Part shown: positions 1 to 7,595 of the stretch, piece by piece
How positions within the stretch are numbered: the first letter of the stretch is position 1
Layout: the number at the start of each line of letters is the position of its first letter
NCBI GenBank assembly: GCA_963678035.1
Contig: OY782666.1
Span: 950,419 to 1,014,418, forward strand
From: Geopsychrobacteraceae bacterium
Lineage (GTDB): Bacteria; Desulfobacterota; Desulfuromonadia; Desulfuromonadales; Geopsychrobacteraceae
Direction: 5' to 3'
Length of the DNA: 64,000 nucleotides
The notes under the pieces: generated by a model
The model's database searches: none
Told to the model about the DNA's origin: nothing
The model's input: the letters and a program-made list of their open reading frames with translations, nothing else
Position numbers and translations under genes: made by a program

Positions 1-548
1 ACTTCAGCAAATCGCTGCTGACCTCCGAACGCCCTGAAGGGCTGAGTGCGCTGGAACTGGAGGATTATGAGTTGGCCATCGAAGAACAGGCCTACCCATT
101 TGAAGAGCGCGGCATTCAGGTTCATCAGAGCAACCTCGAACTGATCGCCCTGGGGGTCTACAACTCCTGGGTTGAAAAAAGTCTGGCCCGGTTGGCGATC
201 CTGCTGCCGGCCCGTTACGACAAACCTGAAGATGAAGGTCCGTTGCCAACCAGCCTGGAACTCTTCTCTTTTGAAACGGACCGCCCCTTACCGGTCATCG
301 CCACCCCGGCGCCAAACCCGGAAAACAGCCCGACTGCGGATAGCGCACAGGCGGCGGCTCCGGTCGCCGGTCAGGAACCGGTCGTAGCGCCGGAGGCTGA
401 GGAACCAACTGCAGCCGGACCAACCATGACCCCGCCGCAGATGGCGGCGGAGCAGGGTGCTCCTTCGGTCGATGCGGAACCTGCGCCGACTGAAGGAACG
501 GATCCGTCGGATCAACCAAGTGGACAGGGAACGGAGGTCCCAAAATGA
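1..548 (+). CDS. 3' end of a larger protein truncated by the window edge, with a Pro/Ala/Glu-rich low-complexity tail; probably the large TPR-type first gene of the Ton-like module
   Basis: Frame 3 is open from base 3 (FSKSLLTSERPEGLSALELEDYELAIEEQAYPFEE...), so the listed 72..548 ORF is only the tail. Its stop overlaps the next start (ATGA at 545-548). Confidence 0.6.
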   Translation, partial: FSKSLLTSERPEGLSALELEDYELAIEEQAYPFEERGIQVHQSNLELIALGVYNSWVEKSLARLAILLPARYDKPEDEGPLPTSLELFSFETDRPLPVIATPAPNPENSPTADSAQAAAPVAGQEPVVAPEAEEPTAAGPTMTPPQMAAEQGAPSVDAEPAPTEGTDPSDQPSGQGTEVPK

Positions 549-1228
549 AAATAATACTCACCAGATTATTCCCCCTGGCACTGCTCCTGTTGCTTTCGGC
601 CTGTCTGCCGCCCCAGTTCGAGGAAACGGTTCAACAACCCCCCGCACCGCCGGTTGCGGAGACTTTTCCTCAGGTCACCCATTATGATGGCGGGCGCAGC
701 GGTTTTGAAATCCGTGAAGCCAGGGACCTGCCCGAAGCCATCGCAACCCTATTTGCCGAAGGGGTGGCGGCACTTCAGGATGGACAATATGAGCAAGCGG
801 TGACCCTGCTGGAGCAGGTGATTGAGGCAGAACCCGGTTTTTCCGCGCCCTATATCAACATTGCCCGGGCTTATCGGAAACTCGACTCTCCGCAGCAAGC
901 GGAAGAAAATCTGCAAAGAGCCCTGGCAATCATTCCTGGACATCCGCAGGCATGCAATGAATACGCGCTGCTGCTGCGGGCACAGGGACGCTTTGCCGAG
1001 GCCAGGGCGATCTATGATCAGGCCCTGGCCAGTTTCCCGGAATACCTGCCGTTGTACCGCAACCTGGGGGTTTTGTGTGATCTCTATCTGAACGATCCCC
1101 CCTGCGCTCTACATCAATTTGAACAATATTTACAGATCGATCCGGTGGCTGATGATATCAGGCTTTGGGCGACAGAACTGCGCATGCGACTGGGCATTCC
1201 CGAGCAAACCGCAACGGAGGTGCAATGA
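545..1228 (+). CDS. TPR-repeat lipoprotein
   Basis: Signal peptide with lipobox (LLLLSAC). Repeated A/Y/L-rich 34-aa TPR-like helices (e.g. AIATLFAEGVAALQDGQYEQAVTLLEQVIEAEP, NIARAYRKLDSPQQAEENLQRALAIIP). Start and stop both overlap the neighbouring genes. Confidence 0.8.
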   Translation: MKIILTRLFPLALLLLLSACLPPQFEETVQQPPAPPVAETFPQVTHYDGGRSGFEIREARDLPEAIATLFAEGVAALQDGQYEQAVTLLEQVIEAEPGFSAPYINIARAYRKLDSPQQAEENLQRALAIIPGHPQACNEYALLLRAQGRFAEARAIYDQALASFPEYLPLYRNLGVLCDLYLNDPPCALHQFEQYLQIDPVADDIRLWATELRMRLGIPEQTATEVQ

Positions 1229-1536
1229 AATACCTGCTTTTGCTGAGCTTTGCGGTCATTGCCCTGGCCGCGGCAACGGAACTCTGGGCCGCCGGTGACG
1301 ACAAGGCTCCGGCCAATGATCCGGGCAAAGCCAAGGAGCTGAGCGGAATGTCCATCGTCGGCAATGATGAGGCCCCAAAATCCCTCTATATCGTTCCTTG
1401 GAAAAGCTCTGAAATCGGTATCGAGACCGGCCTGGATATGCTGCTCGATGAACGAGCCGTACCCGTGGATCGGGACGTATTTAAAAGACAATTAGACTTC
1501 TACGAAGTCAGAACAGAAACAACACCTGGAGGTTAA
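1225..1536 (+). CDS. Small secreted protein of unknown function (about 103 aa)
   Basis: ATG at 1225 overlaps the upstream stop (ATGA). N-terminal signal peptide MKYLLLLSFAVIALAAATELWA. Sits 6 nt upstream of exbB. Confidence 0.65.
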   Translation: MKYLLLLSFAVIALAAATELWAAGDDKAPANDPGKAKELSGMSIVGNDEAPKSLYIVPWKSSEIGIETGLDMLLDERAVPVDRDVFKRQLDFYEVRTETTPGG

Positions 1537-1541
1537 ACAAA

Positions 1542-2195
1542 ATGGAAACTATTTATTCGATCGTGGGTTTTTTTCAAAAAGGCGGTTTGTTCATGTATCC
1601 GATCCTGCTGGTTTTCGGCGTCGGTATGGCCATCGCCGTGGAACGTTGGATTCAGTTGAGTCGGACCCGCAGCGAAAACCGCAAAGTCTGGAACAAGCTG
1701 CACCCGGTGCTGGCCAAAGGCGACTTTGACACTGTTCGCACCATGGTTGACAAGGACAAGTCGACCATTGCCCAGATGCTGTCCATGGGGCTGGCCCGGC
1801 AGGGCGCGGTACGGCGGCGCGAGGATATCGAAATCGCCATGGAAGAAAGCATGATGGAGATCATTCCGCAGCTGGAAAAGCGCACCCCCTATGTCGGCCT
1901 GCTCTCCAATATTGCCACCCTGTTGGGACTGTTGGGAACCATCATGGGGCTGATCGAGGCTTTTACCGCGGTAGCAAACGCCAACCCGGCGGAAAAGGCT
2001 GATTTGCTCTCCGCCAGTATCTCGGTGGCCATGAATACCACCGCCTTTGGTCTGATGGCGGCGATTCCGTTGTTGCTGATCCACGCCAAGCTGACGTCGA
2101 CCACGGGGCAGATCGTTGACAGCCTGGAGATGGCTTCGGTGAAGGCGCTGAACAGTATTTCAACCTTCAGTAAACGCCAGAACCCGTTGGGCTGA
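1542..2195 (+). CDS. exbB: MotA/TolQ/ExbB family proton-channel protein
   Basis: Three TM segments and the family signature region LLGLLGTIMGLIEAF...ISVAMNTTAFGL. Confidence 0.9.
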   Translation: METIYSIVGFFQKGGLFMYPILLVFGVGMAIAVERWIQLSRTRSENRKVWNKLHPVLAKGDFDTVRTMVDKDKSTIAQMLSMGLARQGAVRRREDIEIAMEESMMEIIPQLEKRTPYVGLLSNIATLLGLLGTIMGLIEAFTAVANANPAEKADLLSASISVAMNTTAFGLMAAIPLLLIHAKLTSTTGQIVDSLEMASVKALNSISTFSKRQNPLG

Positions 2196-2198
2196 CCT

Positions 2199-2696
2199 AT
2201 GAGTCGCCGCCAACAATATCGAAGACGTCGGGGCTTTAGGGAAAATCCTGAACTCGATATCACGACTTTCCTGAATCTGATGGTGGTCTTGGTGCCGTTT
2301 TTGCTGATCAGTGCTGTATTTTCCCGAGTCACCATCCTTGAGCTCAGTGTGCCGACCGGAGCCGGCGGCAGTGGCACCTTAAAGCCTAACTTCACCATTG
2401 AGGTGGTGGTCCGCAAAGCAGGTTTGGAGCTGTCCAACGGTGCCCAGGCGGTGGTCGCACTGCCCAAAGTCGATGAGCAGTACGATTTCGACAAACTGTC
2501 GCAGATGCTGATCCGCTTGAAAGACGATTACCCGCAGAAGGACGATGCCACCGTGCTGATGGAACCGGATATCGAATACGACACCTTGATCCAGGTCATG
2601 GACCGGGTTCGCGAAGTCGAAGTGCCGGCAGAAGAGGGGGCAGAGGTGCAGAGGCTGCAGCTGTTCCCGCTCATTTCCATAGGAGACGCGCCATGA
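2199..2696 (+). CDS. exbD: ExbD/TolR family biopolymer transport protein (paralog 1)
   Basis: N-terminal basic stretch, then a single TM (LDITTFLNLMVVLVPFLLIS) and a periplasmic domain typical of ExbD/TolR. Confidence 0.85.
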   Translation: MSRRQQYRRRRGFRENPELDITTFLNLMVVLVPFLLISAVFSRVTILELSVPTGAGGSGTLKPNFTIEVVVRKAGLELSNGAQAVVALPKVDEQYDFDKLSQMLIRLKDDYPQKDDATVLMEPDIEYDTLIQVMDRVREVEVPAEEGAEVQRLQLFPLISIGDAP

Positions 2697-3187
2697 GAGA
2701 GAGCCGCCGCATAAGACGGATGGAGCGCAGCCGGAAGAAGGTGACGGGTCTGAATTTGACCTCGCTGATGGATGTATTCACCATCCTGGTGTTTTTTCTG
2801 CTCGCCAATTCTTCTTCGAGTGAAATCCTATCCACGCCCAAGCAGATCAAGCTGCCGGATTCGGTGGTTGAAACAAAGCCACGCGAGACCGTGGTCATTT
2901 TGGTTGGCCCAGAGACCATTCTGGTGCAGGGCGAACCAACCATTACCACTGCAGATCTGTTGAGCCTGAAATCCGATGCCATTCCGGAAATCACCGAACG
3001 GCTCAATCAACTGGAACGGAACATCATCGGGGTCAGCACCCGCGAAATGGTTGAAAACAAGGAAGTGACCATCCTGGCGGATAAAAGCATTCCGTTTCGA
3101 GTGTTAAAGAAAGTCATGTCAACCTGCACAGCTTCTGGGTACGGGAGAATTTCTCTTGCCGTTATCCAGAAAGCTTCGCAAACATAA
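2693..3187 (+). CDS. exbD: ExbD/TolR family biopolymer transport protein (paralog 2)
   Basis: LNLTSLMDVFTILVFFLL TM motif. ATGA overlap with the upstream exbD. Confidence 0.85.
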   Translation: MRESRRIRRMERSRKKVTGLNLTSLMDVFTILVFFLLANSSSSEILSTPKQIKLPDSVVETKPRETVVILVGPETILVQGEPTITTADLLSLKSDAIPEITERLNQLERNIIGVSTREMVENKEVTILADKSIPFRVLKKVMSTCTASGYGRISLAVIQKASQT

Positions 3188-3198
3188 ATGGGAATTCC

Positions 3199-4659
3199 GT
3201 GGATACGTCAGAATTTTCTGAGGAAATGGAAAGTTTAAACGCGCAGATCGAGCCGCTGCAGGAACAGGTGGTTCTGCTTGAAGATGAGTTGCGAGCGGTT
3301 GATGATGAGCTGGGCGCGTATGCAGTAGAGCATCAGCAGACAGAGTTGCTCAACGATGCCTGTGCCGCCCTGGAGCGTCTGGCGGCCATCGGCGCCGGCG
3401 ATCTGTTCTGGGAGGGGCTCCCCCAGCCGGTTGATGGCCAGGCCCACTGTGCCAGGGTCAGAGATCGGATTGCCGGGGTTGCAGAGCAGACCCGCGAGCT
3501 GGAAGAACGGAAAAAATCACTCCAGGCCCAGATGGAACAGCATCTCAGCGTCCTTGATTATCTGTTTGACGAGGCGCATCAGGCGCGTATGCGGGAAGAG
3601 CGTCGCCAGGAAGAATTCCTGGTTGAACGGGAATTTGTGCCACTGCCGTTCCACCCCGCAGTCATGCCCTGGATGACCCATGAGGAGAGCGAGAATCGCT
3701 TCCGACGGGCGGTGTTGATCTCCCTGCTGTTATGTCTGCTGTTTGGCGGGGTTATTCCCCTGATTAGTGTGCCGATCCCGGATCGGGCAAATCTTGTGGT
3801 TGAGGTACCGGAGCGCTTGGCCATGCTGCTCAAAGAAGAACTGCCGCCACCGCCACCTGCTCAGATTGAAAAGCAGGAACCGGAAAAAATAGAGCCGGAG
3901 AAGAAAGAGACCAAGCCCACGGAGAAAAAAACCGAAACCGTGGCGGAGAAAAAACCGGTTAAGGCCAAAAAACCGGCAAACACCGGCAGCGGCGCCCCCA
4001 AAGGAGCTCGCAAGAAGACGGAAAATATCGGTGTGCTGGCATTCAAGAGCAGTTTTTCCGATTTGATGGATGAGGTTCCGGTCGCCAAACTTGGTGCCGA
4101 TGCCAAAGTCAAAAATGTCGATCGGAAGATTCCAGGCCAGGCCAGAGTGCAGCGTTCACTGGTCGCTACCCAGGCCAAAGGCGGGAGCGGGCAGGGGATC
4201 AGTAACTTCGGGGTGAGTCGTAACCTCGGCAATGGCGGCAGCGGTGGGGGGAGCGGTTACGGCCGGGCCGGGCAGCTCGGCGAGGTCGGCACCGCCAAAG
4301 TTGCCAGCAGCGTGTCCGGGTTGACCGAGGAAGCTGGGCGGCCGTTGAGCGACGGCATCGGCCCGGCACGGACCGACGAGGAGATCCAAATCGTCTTCGA
4401 TCGCTACAAAGCCACCCTCTATCGGATTTACAATAAGGAACTGCGCAAAGATCCGACCCTGCGCGGCAAGCTGCTGATCAGGCTGACCATTGAGCCGGAC
4501 GGAGCTGTCTCCATGTGCAAAGTCGAGTCGACAGATCTGGCTTCACAGGAGTTGGTCGAAAAAATTGTCGCACGCATCAAACGATTTAATTTCGGTCCCA
4601 AAGAAGGGGTCCCTCAGGTGACAATTCTCTATCCCATCGACTTCTTGCCAGCAGGATAA
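3199..4659 (+). CDS. Long TonB-like energy-transducer: cytoplasmic coiled coil, one TM, Pro/Glu/Lys-rich spacer, Gly-rich region, and a TonB/AgmX-PglI-type C-terminal domain
   Basis: About 170 aa of heptad-like N-terminus (EEMESLNAQIEPLQEQVVLLEDELRAVDDEL...). TM segment AVLISLLLCLLFGGVIPLISV. Spacer PPPPPAQIEKQEPEKIEPEKKETKPTEKK. C-terminus ...YRIYNKELRKDPTLRGKLLIRLTIEPDGAVSMCKV...ILYPIDF. GTG start. Confidence 0.75.
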   Translation: MDTSEFSEEMESLNAQIEPLQEQVVLLEDELRAVDDELGAYAVEHQQTELLNDACAALERLAAIGAGDLFWEGLPQPVDGQAHCARVRDRIAGVAEQTRELEERKKSLQAQMEQHLSVLDYLFDEAHQARMREERRQEEFLVEREFVPLPFHPAVMPWMTHEESENRFRRAVLISLLLCLLFGGVIPLISVPIPDRANLVVEVPERLAMLLKEELPPPPPAQIEKQEPEKIEPEKKETKPTEKKTETVAEKKPVKAKKPANTGSGAPKGARKKTENIGVLAFKSSFSDLMDEVPVAKLGADAKVKNVDRKIPGQARVQRSLVATQAKGGSGQGISNFGVSRNLGNGGSGGGSGYGRAGQLGEVGTAKVASSVSGLTEEAGRPLSDGIGPARTDEEIQIVFDRYKATLYRIYNKELRKDPTLRGKLLIRLTIEPDGAVSMCKVESTDLASQELVEKIVARIKRFNFGPKEGVPQVTILYPIDFLPAG

Positions 4660-4674
4660 GTCGCTCTTGCTCCT

Positions 4675-4699
4675 CTGGCCGAACCTTTTGGTTCGGTCA
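4675..4699 (+). terminator. Stem-loop after the TonB-like gene; no U-tract
   Basis: ctggccgaacc-tttt-ggttcggtcag, an 11-bp stem with one G-U pair. The absence of a T-run keeps confidence low. Confidence 0.35.
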
Positions 4700-4880
4700 G
4701 GGGAGCTATGTTGCTAGGTGCCAGCTCGCTCTGTTGATCCTGCCCCTGGTATTGGAACCTCTGTTCAGGCCTGTTCTTTCCCTTCTCTCCGCGGCTAAAT
4801 TTTATTATAGTCTGCTATCGAAATTTCCTGCTTTCATTCGCGAAATAATCAATGTCTTGCAGCTCTATGCCATGCGTTCC

Positions 4881-5040
4881 GAATGGCGCTCGTTTAAGGG
4901 ACGATGGCAGCAAAACCGGGACTGTCCCCGCACGGGGGCTGTCCCAAGCTTTTGCGGTGCAAACCGCCGGCGTTCCAAGGGCCACAAACATCTGGGACAG
5001 TCCCGAGTTTACTGCAAAGTTGCTTAAACGAGCGCCATTC
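4881..5040 (+). mobile_element. MITE-like palindromic element, copy A (160 bp, perfect 18-bp terminal inverted repeats)
   Basis: gaatggcgctcgtttaag (4881-4898) is the exact reverse complement of cttaaacgagcgccattc (5023-5040). Internal GGGAC(N)GTCCC-type palindromes (gggactgtcccc, gggggctgtccc, gggacagtccc). Related copies at 5268-5376 and 47301-47407. Confidence 0.55.
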
Positions 5041-5267
5041 CAGTGTGTCCTTGTTTGGATAGCCATATTTTGTAAGGAGATCCTGTTGATCAAAATATTA
5101 CTAGTTTTGTCATTTATATATCAATAATGTGACTCTGTTTGATCGTCTGAAAAGTTTCGACAGCTTAAATATATATGCAATATTAAATATTTGAAGGAGG
5201 TCAGCGATGGTGTCTTAGGAGCGAAACTGTATACTGAATGAAATTTAATTTTAAATAAAACAGATTT
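4926..5267. repeat. Tandem direct repeat, unit 1 (342 bp)
   Basis: Read directly: 5041-5267 is identical to 5377-5603. 4932-4974 matches 5282-5324, and 4991-5040 matches 5327-5376. The differences are an 8-nt and a 14-nt indel. Confidence 0.9.
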
Positions 5268-5603
5268 CCCCGCGGATATTGACGGGGGCTGTCCCAAGCT
5301 TTTGCGGTGCAAACCGCCGGCGTTTATCTGGGACAGTCCCGAGTTTACTGCAAAGTTGCTTAAACGAGCGCCATTCCAGTGTGTCCTTGTTTGGATAGCC
5401 ATATTTTGTAAGGAGATCCTGTTGATCAAAATATTACTAGTTTTGTCATTTATATATCAATAATGTGACTCTGTTTGATCGTCTGAAAAGTTTCGACAGC
5501 TTAAATATATATGCAATATTAAATATTTGAAGGAGGTCAGCGATGGTGTCTTAGGAGCGAAACTGTATACTGAATGAAATTTAATTTTAAATAAAACAGA
5601 TTT
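5268..5603. repeat. Tandem direct repeat, unit 2 (336 bp), abutting unit 1; carries the right-hand two thirds of the MITE-like element
   Basis: Same evidence as unit 1. Unit 2 begins with ccccgc, as unit 1 does, and ends with cagattt at 5603. Confidence 0.9.
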
Positions 5604-5639
5604 TTAACTTTTTTATTGACCTTGCAGACAAACAAAGTT

Positions 5640-5656
5640 AATTTGTCATACAAATT
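5640..5656. promoter_or_regulatory. Candidate GntR/FadR-type operator (perfect palindrome AATTTGT-CAT-ACAAATT)
   Basis: Perfect 7-3-7 inverted repeat with a GT...AC core, 30 nt upstream of the GntR-family gene start. Fits the general GntR operator form (GT-N-AC within an AT-rich palindrome). Confidence 0.45.
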
Positions 5657-5686
5657 GACCGGATATGTTGGTCAAAGGAGCCTGAA

Positions 5687-6472
5687 ATGTTTAATTTGCC
5701 GTCCGAAGTCCTGGTAAGTAAAAAAAATATCCTTGAGCACTTGGCTCGATTGATCATTGAGGGGCGGTTGCGGACCGATGAGATCATGCCGACGGAAATG
5801 GCGTTATCGTCACATTTTGGCGTCAGTCGGACGATGGTTCGAGATATCCTCAAAACACTTGAAAGTAAGGGGTTTATTGAACGTAAAACAAATGTTGGAA
5901 CGCGGATTCGCAGTATTCATTCATGGAACCTGCTTGACCAGGAAGTTTTGGACTGGAGTTGTGGCGCTTTAACTCAGAGCCGCTTTCTGTTGTCCCTTTT
6001 GGAGTTGCGCCTGATCATTGAACCGCAGGCCGCTGCCCTGGCGGCGGTGCGGGCCAATGATATCGACCTGCAACAGATCCGGGCTCACTATCAGCGAATG
6101 AGCGATAGCGTCAAAAAAGAACCTGATCCACGAGCTATCCTTGATACCGAAGCGGATATCGATTTTCACAAGGCCATCATGAAGGCTAGTGGAAATCTGT
6201 TCGTTTCGCAATTCGGCGGCGCCATTCGCGCAGCCCTGCATCACACCATCTATCTGTCAAATAAGGCGACTCTCGACGTTTTTAAAAGTTTGGAGTGCCA
6301 TCACAAAGTACTGGAGGCGATTGAGAACAGGAATTCAGAAGCAGCCTATCTGAGCATGGCGAAAGTTTTGAACAATACAATCACGGACCTCGGACTCCAG
6401 ACCACCGGACTCATTATGTTGGAAGGTAATTCTCTTAATAGGATTGGTAGTTTCCCTGAAACGCTCCCATGA
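5687..6472 (+). CDS. GntR-family transcriptional regulator, FadR/FCD subfamily
   Basis: N-terminal wHTH (MPTEMALSSHFGVSRTMVRDILKTLESKGFIERKTNVGTRI) followed by an all-helical FCD-like C-terminal domain. Confidence 0.9.
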   Translation: MFNLPSEVLVSKKNILEHLARLIIEGRLRTDEIMPTEMALSSHFGVSRTMVRDILKTLESKGFIERKTNVGTRIRSIHSWNLLDQEVLDWSCGALTQSRFLLSLLELRLIIEPQAAALAAVRANDIDLQQIRAHYQRMSDSVKKEPDPRAILDTEADIDFHKAIMKASGNLFVSQFGGAIRAALHHTIYLSNKATLDVFKSLECHHKVLEAIENRNSEAAYLSMAKVLNNTITDLGLQTTGLIMLEGNSLNRIGSFPETLP

Positions 6473-6506
6473 CGGGGGCTAATTTCTAACAGAGAAGGAG
6501 CGAAGT

Positions 6507-7511
6507 ATGAAGATTGGGCAAAAGGTTTTGGCAATATTGGCAATGGTGGCGATGTTTGCCGGGACGTCCTTCGCAGCGGACTACAATTGGACGTTCCAGA
6601 CTTCCGGCGCTGCCGGCGATGATGTCTATCGCTTCCTTCAAACTTGGGCTGGCTGGGTCGCCGAAGACTCCAACGGTCGCATCCAGGTTCAGGTTCTTCC
6701 TGCGGATGCGGTTGTTAAATACACCGAAACTCTTGATGCTGTTGGTGCCAACATCATCCAAGGCGATTTTACCGATCCCTCCTATTTCGCAGGTAAAGAC
6801 CCGGCCTTCTCATTGATCGGCAACATGGTCGGCGCCTGGAGTGATCCGAGCCAGCTGTTCGACATGATGAAAAACGGCGGCGGTTTCCAGATTTTCGACA
6901 AACTGCTCAACCAGTACAATGTTAAACTGCTCGGCGTGGCCTGTACCGGTGTTGAGGCTTTCGTCTCCAAGATTCCGATCCGCAAAGTTGCCGACCTCAA
7001 AGGGGTCAAACTGCGTGCTCCGCAGGGGATGGTCAATAATGTCTTTACCGCCGTCGGCGCGACCCCGGTCAACCTGCCTGGCTCCGAAGTTTACACCTCC
7101 CTTGAAAAAGGTGTTATCGATGCTTCCGACTACACCGTTTTTGCGACCAACCAGGCTCAGGGCATGAATGATATCGCCCGCTTCCCCATCTACCCCGGTT
7201 TCCACTCCATGCCGACCATGCAGGTTACCATGAACCTGGACACCTGGAACTCTCTTCCCGATGACCTGAAAAAGGTGATGCGCAGTACTGTTGACCGCTT
7301 TGCTGCCTACATGGTCGAAGAACATGCCAAACTGGACAGAGCTGCCGTCAAGGAAGCTAAGGCCAAAGGGATCGAAGTTATCTCCTGGCCGCCGGAAGAA
7401 GTGGCTAAATTCCGTGAAATTGCTAAAACTCAATGGCCGAAATGGTCCAATTCTCCGATCGCTAAAGAGTGGGCTCAAGCCGTCGCTGCCTACTGGGATT
7501 CCAAAAAGTAA
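6507..7511 (+). CDS. TRAP transporter substrate-binding protein (DctP-type)
   Basis: Signal peptide ...MFAGTSFAADYNW. Size, gene context (followed by small and large TRAP permeases) and motifs such as LKGVKLRAP fit the family. Confidence 0.9.
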   Translation: MKIGQKVLAILAMVAMFAGTSFAADYNWTFQTSGAAGDDVYRFLQTWAGWVAEDSNGRIQVQVLPADAVVKYTETLDAVGANIIQGDFTDPSYFAGKDPAFSLIGNMVGAWSDPSQLFDMMKNGGGFQIFDKLLNQYNVKLLGVACTGVEAFVSKIPIRKVADLKGVKLRAPQGMVNNVFTAVGATPVNLPGSEVYTSLEKGVIDASDYTVFATNQAQGMNDIARFPIYPGFHSMPTMQVTMNLDTWNSLPDDLKKVMRSTVDRFAAYMVEEHAKLDRAAVKEAKAKGIEVISWPPEEVAKFREIAKTQWPKWSNSPIAKEWAQAVAAYWDSKK

Positions 7512-7530
7512 TAAGCTGCCTGTCTGACTG

Positions 7531-7559
7531 GAAAGGGCTCCTGATTCAGGAGCCCTTTC
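7531..7559 (+). terminator. Intercistronic stem-loop between the TRAP binding-protein and permease genes
   Basis: gaaagggctcctg-att-caggagccctttc, a perfect 13-bp stem with no U-tract. Likely a partial terminator or mRNA stabiliser. Confidence 0.4.
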
Positions 7560-7595
7560 GAACCATAGCCTTATCTATGAAATGCGGGATTGATT

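Noticed and set aside
4815-5429. Two near-identical ORFs (MINRISLQNMAIQTRTHWNGARLSNFAVNSGLSQ..., 4815-5093 and 5121-5429, minus strand) that could be read as a duplicated small gene.
   Set aside because: They are a by-product of the tandem DNA duplication and run through the MITE-like palindromes. They have no SD or family resemblance, and the repeat identity extends well beyond them into non-ORF sequence.
4926-5603. Possible CRISPR-like or satellite array.
   Set aside because: There are only two long units of about 340 bp with no short repeat/spacer periodicity and no cas genes in the window.
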